Position numbers and translations under genes: made by a program. The notes beneath the pieces were generated by a model, which was not told where the DNA came from, searched no databases, and worked only from the letters and a program-made list of their open reading frames with translations. Positions 1-9,217 of a DNA stretch of 64,000 bases are shown piece by piece (the first letter of the stretch is position 1; every line of letters begins with the position of its first letter). The stretch spans positions 7,121-71,120 of the forward strand of contig CACLCM010000006.1 of assembly GCA_902605365.1 (NCBI GenBank), read 5' to 3'. This stretch comes from an uncultured Candidatus Poseidoniales archaeon. GTDB taxonomy: Archaea; Thermoplasmatota; Poseidoniia; Poseidoniales; Poseidoniaceae.

Positions 1-313
1 ATGTCACGACCATGGTCTCCATGTAATGCCAGGTCTCGTCACCCATAACTGAAGAGACTTCCATTGAATAACCAATTGTAGAAGTTATGTTATCCATGTC
101 TGGTCCTTCATCCATCAAATTGACGAAAGAAACAATTCCTGCTTCAAGGTCATCTTCTAAAGCGCACAAGCCGCTTTCAGTAGCATTTTCATCATAATTC
201 AAAGCGCTTTCATCATCGCAACCTTCGATACTAACGACGTCATCGTCATCTGAACTTAGACATCCAGCTAGTAGTAATAGGGCAGTCAAACATATGGCTA
301 TTGCTTTATCCAT
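1..313 (-). CDS. secreted lipobox protein, N-terminal fragment (3' end lies beyond the window start)
   Basis: ATG at 313-311. My translation is MDKAIAICLTALLLLAGCLSSDDDDVVSIEGCDDESALNYDENATESGLC..., i.e. a signal peptide plus an LAGC lipobox. It is absent from the ORF track because no stop lies inside the window. Confidence 0.6.
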   Translation of the reverse strand, partial: MDKAIAICLTALLLLAGCLSSDDDDVVSIEGCDDESALNYDENATESGLCALEDDLEAGIVSFVNLMDEGPDMDNITSTIGYSMEVSSVMGDETWHYMETMVVT

Positions 314-353
314 AGACCATATGGCGTTGCGGCTCCTTTATCAAAGGTTCCAT

Positions 354-797
354 TCATGAAACTGACAGCAATTCAGTACCTTGTTCAACTTGGTCTCCTT
401 GCTGATAAAAGATTGATTCTATTACGCCGTCAGAACCTGCAGTAATTTTGTGCTCCATCTTCATCGCTTCCATTATCATCAAAGTTTCACCTGCAGAAAC
501 TGTTTGTCCAACCTTGACATGAACTTCGAGAATCTTACCTGGCATTGGAGCAGTTAGCCCTTTGTCATCATCTGAGCCAACAGCACCCGGTTCGATTACT
601 TCGAATTGAAGCGTGTGTCCTAAGACATGAACCCACCATACATCTCCAACCTTAGTTGCAGTAGCTTTGTGTTTTCGACCATCCAATTCTAACCACAATT
701 CATCCCCCATGTGAAGCATCATTCCTTCATGAATGAAGGTTGAGCCGTCACGTTGCGGCGAAATTTCAATTCGGTCGCCGCCGAACTTAAATTCCAT
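354..797 (-). CDS. biotin carboxyl carrier / BT-BCCP portion of an acyl-CoA (methylcrotonyl-CoA) carboxylase alpha subunit
   Basis: Biotinylation motif EAMKMEH near the C-terminus. AGGAGG lies 8 nt upstream of the ATG at 797. TGATG stop/start overlap with the upstream biotin carboxylase. The track start at 800 is TTG. Confidence 0.85.
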   Translation of the reverse strand: MEFKFGGDRIEISPQRDGSTFIHEGMMLHMGDELWLELDGRKHKATATKVGDVWWVHVLGHTLQFEVIEPGAVGSDDDKGLTAPMPGKILEVHVKVGQTVSAGETLMIMEAMKMEHKITAGSDGVIESIFYQQGDQVEQGTELLSVS

Positions 798-2284
798 CAA
801 GGCAACCTCCTGTTGATAGTTTGGAATGGAGAAGGAGCCACTTGAGAAGTTGCTCCAACTGAAATTGTATTACCGTGATTATTTGATTCGCAAGCAGATG
901 CTATCAGCAAACCAGCATCAGTGATTATTGATTCCATGTCTGGAGTCCAACCTTCAGGCCAAAGCCTGTCGATCATATCCGTAGTAGTCCAACCATCTAC
1001 TACATCAGGGTGATAGCATAACTCTCTGAGGAACCTGACATTGGTTGTACAACCCAGAATTACAAAGTCATCTAAAGCCCTGCCCATTCTTTGGAGGGCT
1101 TCTTGCCTAGAAGGTGCCCAGACAATCAATTTCGCAAGCATTGGGTCATAATCTGGAGTTACATCATCTCCTTCTCGGACTCCTGTATCCAAGCGTACTC
1201 CGGGTCCAGTTGGCGCAATAAATCGCTTTAGTTTACCTATAGCGGGAAGGAAATTGTTCGATGGGTCTTCAGCATACAACCGAACTTCAATCGCATGGCC
1301 ACGCATAGATAACTCACCACAACTCATCGGCTCGCCACCTGCGATTCGAAGTTGTTCTCTGACTAAATCTACACCTGTAACCATCTCAGTAACCGGATGT
1401 TCTACCTGTATTCGAGTATTCATTTCCAAAAAGAAAAACTCTCCTTTTGGAGTTACAAGGAATTCAACTGTCCCTGCGCCTTCATAATTAACAGCAGCCG
1501 CTGCAGCACATGCTGCTTGACCCATGGCTTCTCTCAGTTCAGCATCCAGTGCAACGCTTGGAGACTCTTCGAATACTTTCTGGTGTCTTCTTTGAACACT
1601 GCATTCTCTTTCTCCGAGGTGAATTGTACGTCCATATTTATCTGCTAAAACTTGAATTTCAATATGGCGACTTCCAGTTAGGAGTCTTTCAACATAGATT
1701 CGGTCATCGCCAAATGCATTCAGTGCCTCCCTCATCGCCGCCTTTGCTTCACTCTCAAGATTTGAAGCATCGTGAACCGCACGCATTCCTTTGCCACCGC
1801 CACCAGATGTGGCTTTGAGTAAGAGAGGATATCCTACAGAAGGAGCCACAGCAAGGACTTCTTCTAAACCGCCTTCAACTTCTTCACCCGGAATAACAGG
1901 CACTCCTGCAGCCTTCATGGTGATCCTTGCAGTCATTTTGTCTCCCATCTTGGTAATGGCATCAGGAGATGGACCTACCCAAATTAATCCTGCATCCATA
2001 ACCGCCTGTGCAAAATCCGCTCTTTCTGAAAGGAAACCAAAACCTGGGTGAATTGAGTCACATCCATTATCGATTGCTATTTTGAGAATTTGTTCTTGGT
2101 TAAGGTATGTCTCAGCAAGGCCCTCACCTTCTAATTGAATGCTAATATCTGCAAGTTCAGTAAACATAGTACCCGCATCATTTGCTGCATTGATTGCAAC
2201 TCCTTCGATACCTGCTTCCTTGCAAGCTCGTAAAATTCGGCATGCAATCTCACCGCGATTGGCGACGAGAGTGCGCTTTAGCAT
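797..2284 (-). CDS. biotin carboxylase (BC domain of the acyl-CoA carboxylase alpha subunit)
   Basis: KRTLVANRGEIACRI, GGGGKGMR and EMNTRIQVEHPVTE are ATP-grasp / biotin carboxylase hallmarks. Start moved to ATG 2284 (MLKRTL), which is 4 nt after the upstream stop. Confidence 0.9.
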   Translation of the reverse strand: MLKRTLVANRGEIACRILRACKEAGIEGVAINAANDAGTMFTELADISIQLEGEGLAETYLNQEQILKIAIDNGCDSIHPGFGFLSERADFAQAVMDAGLIWVGPSPDAITKMGDKMTARITMKAAGVPVIPGEEVEGGLEEVLAVAPSVGYPLLLKATSGGGGKGMRAVHDASNLESEAKAAMREALNAFGDDRIYVERLLTGSRHIEIQVLADKYGRTIHLGERECSVQRRHQKVFEESPSVALDAELREAMGQAACAAAAAVNYEGAGTVEFLVTPKGEFFFLEMNTRIQVEHPVTEMVTGVDLVREQLRIAGGEPMSCGELSMRGHAIEVRLYAEDPSNNFLPAIGKLKRFIAPTGPGVRLDTGVREGDDVTPDYDPMLAKLIVWAPSRQEALQRMGRALDDFVILGCTTNVRFLRELCYHPDVVDGWTTTDMIDRLWPEGWTPDMESIITDAGLLIASACESNNHGNTISVGATSQVAPSPFQTINRRLP

Positions 2285-2288
2285 CGAA

Positions 2289-3125
2289 TCACTCCTCTGG
2301 TTTCCAAGATGCACCGCGTTTCTCGAGGAAAGAAGAGAGACCTTCTTGCCCCTCATCACTACCTCTCATTCGGCTAGTAAAGTCAAGTGTCCATAATCGT
2401 AGTGATTCATCATCGCCAGACCATCGGTCAAATCCAACAGTCAATTCTTTTGCAGCGGTGACCGCACATGGCCCTGTTGAAAGAACTTCAGAAATGATTT
2501 TTGAAGGGTCTAAGGAATCATCAATCGCATCGATCATCCCAATACGTAGAGCCTCAGTAGTATCCATCCTACCAGCCAGCATTGCATGGCGGCGGAAATT
2601 TGCACTACCCATTCTACGATATACATACGGGCCAATCACAGCAGGAAGAATTCCCAATTTCCCTTCAGATAATGCAATCTTGACTCCGGAGTTACAAATC
2701 ACATGGTCAAGACATGCTATCAAACCAGCGCCTCCTCCTAATGCGACTCCTTGAACCAATCCAATGGTGAAACAAGGGTGTGCCCAAAGTCCATTGAACA
2801 ATGCATCCAACCTTTCTGAGTCTCTTCGGTTTTCCTCAGGAGTATTAGCTCCTGCATCTCGCATCATGTTGATATCTGCACCTGCACAGAAGTGCTTGCC
2901 CATTCCTGCTAGTTTGAGTACTCGCAAGTAGGGTGTTCCATCTTCTGATGTGAGATGGCCTTGGACCCCAACTGAGTTCTCTGCAGTCCAAGTGAATACT
3001 TCAATCAATTCGGTAATCATTTGAACATTCAAGGCATTGTATTTGTCAGGTCTAGCCAAACTTACGCTAGCAATGCATCCGTCTATGTCCAATTGAATAA
3101 GTGAAGTTGCGGGTTGATTATTCAT
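2289..3125 (-). CDS. enoyl-CoA hydratase/isomerase family, probably methylglutaconyl-CoA hydratase
   Basis: Crotonase-fold motifs FCAGADI and GGGAGLIA. It sits between the carboxylase subunits. Confidence 0.75.
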   Translation of the reverse strand: MNNQPATSLIQLDIDGCIASVSLARPDKYNALNVQMITELIEVFTWTAENSVGVQGHLTSEDGTPYLRVLKLAGMGKHFCAGADINMMRDAGANTPEENRRDSERLDALFNGLWAHPCFTIGLVQGVALGGGAGLIACLDHVICNSGVKIALSEGKLGILPAVIGPYVYRRMGSANFRRHAMLAGRMDTTEALRIGMIDAIDDSLDPSKIISEVLSTGPCAVTAAKELTVGFDRWSGDDESLRLWTLDFTSRMRGSDEGQEGLSSFLEKRGASWKPEE

Positions 3126-3160
3126 GTCTAATTCCTCAATTGCAAAAATTAAAAATCCAA

Positions 3161-4771
3161 TTACATTCTAAATACGCCAAATCGGTCATTTGGTAACTTC
3201 GCGTTTTGACTAGCAGCGATACATAATCCAAGTACATCTCTAGTATCTCTTGGGTCGATTATACCGTCATCCCAAATACGAGCTGTCGAGTAATATGGGC
3301 TACCTTCGGTCTCGTACTTTTCGAGAATTGGGGCTCTGAAGTTATCCAACTCTTCGCCATCCATTGGCTCCTTACCTTCTCTTGCTCTTTGGTCTTGTTT
3401 TACAGTTGCAAGTACGTCAGCTGCCTGTGGCCCACCCATGACAGATATTCGGCTATTAGGCCACATGAACAGGAATCTAGGGTCGTATGCTCGCCCGCAC
3501 ATACCGTAATTTCCAGCGCCGTGTGAGCCGCCGATTATCACTGTAAACTTTGGAACGTTTACACAGGAAACTGCAGTTACTAACTTTGCACCATCCTTGG
3601 CGATGCCACCTGCTTCATACGCCTTACCTACCATGAAGCCAGTAATGTTCTGCAAGAAGATTAGAGGTATTCCTCTTTGTCCGCACAACTCAACAAAGTG
3701 CGCACCCTTGAGAGAGGATTCAGAAAATAGGATTCCGTTATTTGCTACAATTCCAACCTTGTAGCCATGGATATGAGCAAAACCGCAGACCAGAGTTTGG
3801 CCATATCGTGCTTTGAATTCATGAAACCTACTGCCATCGACAATTCTAGCGATTATCTCTTTGATGTCAACAGGTGTTCGATTGTCTGAAGGAATTAGTC
3901 CGAGTAAATCTTCTACATCATGGAATGGTTCTGCAGATTCGATTCTATCAAATGGTGCTAATTCTCTTGAACCTAGGTTTTCAACGACGTTGCGAACCAT
4001 TCGCAATGCTTCTGTTTCATCCTCTGCAAAGTGATCGGCCACTCCGCTTTGAGCGGTGTGAACATCAGCTCCACCCAACTCTTCAGCCGTGACCTCCTCA
4101 CCCGTAGCAGCCTTCACCAAAGGAGGCCCGGCTAGGAAGATTGTACCATTGCCTTTGACGATAATCGACTCATCACTCATCGCCGGAACATATGCTCCGC
4201 CAGCAGTACAACTACCCAATACAGCAGCAACTTGAGGAATACCATCTCCTGACATCCTTGCTTGATTGCGGAAGATACGTCCGAAGTGGCCAATGTCAGG
4301 GAATACTTCATCCTGCATAGGAAGGAAAGCACCACCTGAATCAACCAGGTAAATGCATGGTAAATTGTTCTCATGCGCTACTGTTTGTGCACGGATGTGT
4401 TTCTTGACTGTCATTGGATAGTAGGATCCACCTTTGACTGTAGCATCATTAGCTACAAACAAACACTCGCGGCCATGCACCATACCGACCCCTGTAACGA
4501 TGCCTGCACTATTGGCACGTCCGTCATACAATTCGTATGCAGCTAGCGGTGAAAGTTCGAGGAACGCAGTCCCTGGGTCGATGATTTTCTCAATACGCTC
4601 TCTCGCCAACATTTTGTCACGGCTTCGATGCCTTTCGACATATTTTCCACCGCCACCTTGGCTGACTAATTCTAGCCTTTCGCGTAAAGTTTCGACCAAT
4701 TCTAAATTATGAGTTCGCCTGTTTTGGAAGTCCGTATCGGCTCGGTTTACTCGTGTTGGTAACCTATCCAT
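3161..4771 (-). CDS. acyl-CoA carboxylase carboxyltransferase (beta) subunit, methylcrotonyl-CoA carboxylase-like
   Basis: 536 aa. [30 protein letters not shown] and [18 protein letters not shown] are typical of the two carboxyltransferase halves. The N-terminus resembles MCC beta. Confidence 0.85.
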   Translation of the reverse strand: MDRLPTRVNRADTDFQNRRTHNLELVETLRERLELVSQGGGGKYVERHRSRDKMLARERIEKIIDPGTAFLELSPLAAYELYDGRANSAGIVTGVGMVHGRECLFVANDATVKGGSYYPMTVKKHIRAQTVAHENNLPCIYLVDSGGAFLPMQDEVFPDIGHFGRIFRNQARMSGDGIPQVAAVLGSCTAGGAYVPAMSDESIIVKGNGTIFLAGPPLVKAATGEEVTAEELGGADVHTAQSGVADHFAEDETEALRMVRNVVENLGSRELAPFDRIESAEPFHDVEDLLGLIPSDNRTPVDIKEIIARIVDGSRFHEFKARYGQTLVCGFAHIHGYKVGIVANNGILFSESSLKGAHFVELCGQRGIPLIFLQNITGFMVGKAYEAGGIAKDGAKLVTAVSCVNVPKFTVIIGGSHGAGNYGMCGRAYDPRFLFMWPNSRISVMGGPQAADVLATVKQDQRAREGKEPMDGEELDNFRAPILEKYETEGSPYYSTARIWDDGIIDPRDTRDVLGLCIAASQNAKLPNDRFGVFRM

Positions 4772-4821
4772 AACTGCCCCTCCACATTGACCGAAGGATG
4801 AGTTCGACTTGAATCAACCGC

Positions 4822-6099
4822 TTAGACACCCAGTATCAAACGCCCTATGTCCCTTAATCCTGGAGCCATTCCTACAATCATAACAGCCAATACAATTAGA
4901 ACTCGTAAATGCTGTTGCTTTCTTTCGATACGCATTTGAGAAAACAGCCAAATTATCAGAGTTACAATTGATGCTTTGACTAGGAAGAAAAGCCATGCTC
5001 CTTCTCCAAAGACATCCAAACTATCTCCAAATTGGATAACTGCATCTGAAACTGGATGTTTCTCAGAGTATCCAAACCAATCTATACCCACCATTGTTGC
5101 CAATCCATCACAGAGTTGCCCAAATAGCATACCTGCAACCATTGGTGTAGCAAGTATTCCTTTTGGAGTTAGCATCTCAACTGGATGTTCTGAGCGGTCA
5201 GTACTTTCCCATTCATTCAAAGTTAGACCATCAGGGATCAAGCCTACCTCGTTACCTGTCAACCGCAACTGGGCTAAATCCTCTTCACCCTGGCGCCAAA
5301 CTGCCCATGTTATGATAAGAGGTAATACAACTACTACAAGAACAGGCCAAATTATCTCGTTATCTCTTGGCATCATTCCACTATCTTGAACCCAAGGTGT
5401 TGATGCGAGTTGAGCCCAATGTCCAAGACCCATTGTTATCAGCCCAATAGCAAATGCCAGCATAGCTCTAGGTATTGCTTGCCAGTCCCAAGTGTTGTGA
5501 AGTACTACGGCAATCATTACCGCTCCAGCAATAGAGCCACTAAGTACCCAGAAGTGCCCGATATCGTGCTCGTGAACATTTGGTAAGACCAGTAATCCAG
5601 TGAATGCAATATACGCAAATAGAAGCATTGCCAACATGGAAATGTGACTTTTACGACCTATATGTCCAATCACTGCTGAAATGATTAGCCAAGCCGCTAA
5701 ATGGATGTGAATCAGGGGCGAGATGAATAGTACATCCACGCCCTCTGCAAAATAATCAGCATCTTCCATCACTCTTAGAACTGGAGCCAAAACAACCCAA
5801 GACATCAATGCCCAGACCATTTTGTCATCGACTGGCAATTGCCATTTGCGAAATAGAGCTTGGAAAGCAATAACAGCAGCAAGCATAGTCAAAATGTAGA
5901 CGAAGGTATTGACTCCTGAATAGCCTGCATCGCCACTTTCACCTGCATCTTTGACAATAGGGTCCCAGATGTATACTTTGAAGAAATCATCCCAGAATAT
6001 TTCAGGAGCAAACAGCAGACCTGCGAGAATTATTACTCCGACTAAGCCAAATAATCCAAGAAGAATCCGCTCTCCTTGGGAGAACTCAGTATCTTCCAT
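4822..6099 (-). CDS. polytopic membrane protein, function unknown
   Basis: 425 aa with about 10 hydrophobic segments. I recognise no catalytic motif. Confidence 0.5.
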   Translation of the reverse strand: MEDTEFSQGERILLGLFGLVGVIILAGLLFAPEIFWDDFFKVYIWDPIVKDAGESGDAGYSGVNTFVYILTMLAAVIAFQALFRKWQLPVDDKMVWALMSWVVLAPVLRVMEDADYFAEGVDVLFISPLIHIHLAAWLIISAVIGHIGRKSHISMLAMLLFAYIAFTGLLVLPNVHEHDIGHFWVLSGSIAGAVMIAVVLHNTWDWQAIPRAMLAFAIGLITMGLGHWAQLASTPWVQDSGMMPRDNEIIWPVLVVVVLPLIITWAVWRQGEEDLAQLRLTGNEVGLIPDGLTLNEWESTDRSEHPVEMLTPKGILATPMVAGMLFGQLCDGLATMVGIDWFGYSEKHPVSDAVIQFGDSLDVFGEGAWLFFLVKASIVTLIIWLFSQMRIERKQQHLRVLIVLAVMIVGMAPGLRDIGRLILGV

Positions 6100-6146
6100 A
6101 ATTCTACCTCAGTCTAATTCGGGTGATGATAGTTACCCGTAATAGA

Positions 6147-6845
6147 TCACTCTTCTTCTTCAGAAGCGACACGAGGTTCGTGTACTTCGACGAAGGATAC
6201 CTTTCCTGCTTCGACCGCATCCCTTAGGACGGTTACTAGGCGGAATTTTTGCATTGCTGCATTAGTATCGAAAAGCATAGTTTGCGGTACGATTACAGAG
6301 ATGTCATCTCCATCAAAGGATACTTCGAATCCGTCGTGGCCAGTATTAGCCTCAAGGAGGGCAGAGACTTTCTCTTCCTTACCTTCGATGACCTTTACAA
6401 TCTTGTAATCATACTTTAGAGAGCGACCAGACATTGGGTGGTTGTAATCGATACGTGCACGGCCAGCAGCTAGGTAGGAAAGAGTTCCTTGGCGACCTTC
6501 AACTTGAACTGGTCCGCCGATGTAGAGTGACTTAGGGTCACGTACATGTCGAAGAAGTTTGTCGATTGAGATTGTTTCAATCTGTGCTGGGTCTTTTTCT
6601 CCATAAGCATCCGCAGGTGCTATTTCCAATGAAATGTCTTTGTCTGCCTCAGCTTCTAGGAGGCTTGCTTCGAATCCTGCAATCAGGTTTCCTGAGCCAA
6701 CAACGCATACTAGTGGCGTGTAACTACGCCCCTCTTGGTGCATCTCATGTTCCTTTGCAACATCTTCTCGAGTTGTTTCAATTAAATCGCCGGACTCTGC
6801 GTTGTACAAATCGTACTCCACATGGACAATGGTTCCTTCTTCCAT
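6147..6845 (-). CDS. FKBP-type peptidyl-prolyl cis-trans isomerase (archaeal long type with insert-in-flap)
   Basis: VHVEYDLY...GDLIETT...VVGSGNLIAGFEASLL...APADAYGEKDP matches the FKBP/SlyD pattern, with an added C-terminal domain. Confidence 0.8.
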   Translation of the reverse strand: MEEGTIVHVEYDLYNAESGDLIETTREDVAKEHEMHQEGRSYTPLVCVVGSGNLIAGFEASLLEAEADKDISLEIAPADAYGEKDPAQIETISIDKLLRHVRDPKSLYIGGPVQVEGRQGTLSYLAAGRARIDYNHPMSGRSLKYDYKIVKVIEGKEEKVSALLEANTGHDGFEVSFDGDDISVIVPQTMLFDTNAAMQKFRLVTVLRDAVEAGKVSFVEVHEPRVASEEEE

Positions 6846-6900
6846 GGTATCTCACCTATCGCCCCCTACGGGGGCATTCCGGCGACAAACCGTCCCTATT

Positions 6901-9213
6901 TCAATCAGTTGGGTCGCGACGGGGAATCCAAATGGCCAGACTAGCCAATAACATAAGGCTCCATCCACCCCATACCAAATGTATTCCAGGAAGGTCATAA
7001 ACCATGATTCTAACCAGGTCACTACCTTCCATCAAAGAGCGCGCTTGAGTGCCATCCATTATCAAAACCAAGTCTCCGTGCCACATACTTACTCGGTCTA
7101 CTTCAGAGCGAGACCTCGAGTCAAAACGTATCACTCCCGGCTCAACTGTTTCGATTAATTCACCATCACCGTCATAGACCTTGATTACTGCTCCGAGATA
7201 GCCATCGCCTACTTCTAAATCATCTCCGCTTTGAGTTACAACTTCAACGAATTCGAACTGATAGTCGCCCCACTCAACTTTCTCATCTTGAATTAGAGTA
7301 ACGCTATGGGAATAAGTTCCTCTATCGATGATTGTGGTGCTCATCACATGCCCGATAACGAGTAGAACCAAACCTAAGTGTATGAAATGGGCAAAGAAAG
7401 TGATTTTTCTTTTACCGGAATTCTCTCGAATTAATGACACAGTCGCCGGTAGAGCCAACAAAGCAGGAAGTAAAACTACCATCCCGATTTGACCTCTGCT
7501 GAGTGATGCACCCAGAATATCTGAAGAATCATATCCTAGGCCATTCCCAAATTGCCATGCGAATAACAAGATCAACGGAGTTGAAACTAGTAGGTAGAAA
7601 ACTCGTTGTGGTTTATCCCTCAGACTCCACATCACGAATGCTAACATTACTGCAGCGATGAATGGCGCACCATACAACTCGTGCGCTGCAAATTGAATTG
7701 AATCGATACTAGAAATTAATATCACTAAAGTCAATATCAGATATAATCCAACAGCAACTACTGGAGTCCACAGGGCGATCCTTTGCTGGAATTTGCGTTC
7801 TTTGAAAGAAAATCTCGATGATTCACCTTCTTCTGCGATGAACCACGGTGAGATGAAAGTCGCCATACCTACTGCACATATCCAGATATCGAGCATTCCT
7901 GACCATGAGGCTGCAAGGAATAGTATCACTCCGCAACTTGCCCAACCCCAAGCTTTGAGACGATCTTTTTCAAAGATTAATCCGAATGCGAATAATAGTG
8001 AAAGTAGTTCGAAGAGCACCATTCCGTGAATAAACCTCAATCCAACCATAACCGCTGGAATTGCAAACCACTTCCAATCATGTCCATCTGACAAGGACCT
8101 AATTCCAGATTCTACAAATGGACCTAGTCCTACTAGCACAAGCAGAGTTGGAGAGAAACCATCGAGTACATCCCCTCCACCTATTACTCCGATGACTGCG
8201 GTAAAAGGCAAGAGGAAGAGCCACCATTGGGAAAACTTAGTTCCCAACCTCGTTGCAAGAAAAATACCCATTAATTGGATTAGGCCCAACAAGTAAACCA
8301 CAACTTCAATTCCACTAATATCTGAAAGAACGACCATCATCCTACCAAAAACATCAGTCGGTGGAGAGCCTGCTGAATTGATGACGAATGTATGAACGCT
8401 GACCGCCCAAACTCCACCTGCTCGGGTCACCATCGTTGCAAATAGTGCGAGTGCCCCTGATGCCATCGCAATGCCTGCCCAAATATGGTCTGGAGTTTTT
8501 CCAGGTCTGGTTCTAAGATGAAGTAGAACTACAATGCAAATCCATGGTAATAGTGAACCGGTTTCAACCGGATCCCAAGCCCAATAACCACCCCAGTCAA
8601 GTATGAGGTAGGCCCATAATCCGCCCAAACCAATTCCCAAAGTGGCAAAGAAAAACGAGGGCCTTGCAACATGAATCAAGCGTTCTTTGATACCCTTTGA
8701 GTTCGTAAGCAAGGAAGATATTCCAATCGAAGTTAAAGTCAGACAAAGAGAATAAGCTAAGAATATCAAAGGTGGATGAATAACCATCAAGTCAGTCTGT
8801 AGAAGTTCGTTAAGACCAGGCCCTACTCCAGTTGATGACTTGAATGGCTCAAGTATCCAAGCGACCAGTAACAGAGATAATGCAAACCCATTCATCAATC
8901 TTAGTCTCAAAAGGTGAGTTTCTTCGTTTTCCCCAGATAGTGGATTTCTCCAGATGGTCGATAACAATGCCATCCATGCAACCCAAAGTAAAATCGGCCC
9001 TTCTCTTGCAGCCCATGTGGCTGCAAAGCGGTAACGCAATGGTAGTTCTTCACCGCCATACCAGGCCACTAAATGTATGGAATCAAAATTCAAAGTAAAC
9101 ATGGTTGCTAACGCAAAAAATGGTAAAGCCATCAACCAAGTTAATCGGGCATCTGGACGATAGGTTACCCATGCTGCGATTGTTACCGCAAAAGGCATTA
9201 TCAGGGATTCCAT
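6901..9213 (-). CDS. ccmF: CcmF-like heme-handling (cytochrome c maturation) membrane protein
   Basis: Tryptophan-rich WWD motif WGGYWAWDPVETGS and more than 12 hydrophobic helices. A C-terminal extracytoplasmic domain is followed by a final TM. Start moved to ATG 9213, 4 nt after the upstream stop. Confidence 0.75.
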   Translation of the reverse strand: MESLIMPFAVTIAAWVTYRPDARLTWLMALPFFALATMFTLNFDSIHLVAWYGGEELPLRYRFAATWAAREGPILLWVAWMALLSTIWRNPLSGENEETHLLRLRLMNGFALSLLLVAWILEPFKSSTGVGPGLNELLQTDLMVIHPPLIFLAYSLCLTLTSIGISSLLTNSKGIKERLIHVARPSFFFATLGIGLGGLWAYLILDWGGYWAWDPVETGSLLPWICIVVLLHLRTRPGKTPDHIWAGIAMASGALALFATMVTRAGGVWAVSVHTFVINSAGSPPTDVFGRMMVVLSDISGIEVVVYLLGLIQLMGIFLATRLGTKFSQWWLFLLPFTAVIGVIGGGDVLDGFSPTLLVLVGLGPFVESGIRSLSDGHDWKWFAIPAVMVGLRFIHGMVLFELLSLLFAFGLIFEKDRLKAWGWASCGVILFLAASWSGMLDIWICAVGMATFISPWFIAEEGESSRFSFKERKFQQRIALWTPVVAVGLYLILTLVILISSIDSIQFAAHELYGAPFIAAVMLAFVMWSLRDKPQRVFYLLVSTPLILLFAWQFGNGLGYDSSDILGASLSRGQIGMVVLLPALLALPATVSLIRENSGKRKITFFAHFIHLGLVLLVIGHVMSTTIIDRGTYSHSVTLIQDEKVEWGDYQFEFVEVVTQSGDDLEVGDGYLGAVIKVYDGDGELIETVEPGVIRFDSRSRSEVDRVSMWHGDLVLIMDGTQARSLMEGSDLVRIMVYDLPGIHLVWGGWSLMLLASLAIWIPRRDPTD

Positions 9214-9217
9214 TAAT

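Noticed and set aside
795-800. Possible frameshift or pseudogene at the BC/BCCP junction
   Set aside because: A perfect AGGAGG lies 8 nt upstream of the downstream ATG, and the TGATG overlap looks like designed translational coupling. I kept it as a low-interest finding rather than calling a pseudogene.
2194-2754. Long antisense ORFs inside well-supported genes (also 11830-12375, 1254-2051, 22540-22818, 23137-23487, 25713-26048, 33688-34074 and others)
   Set aside because: They overlap genes that have strong motif support on the other strand. Their products are low-complexity or Ser/Pro/Arg-rich, and no start context is evident.
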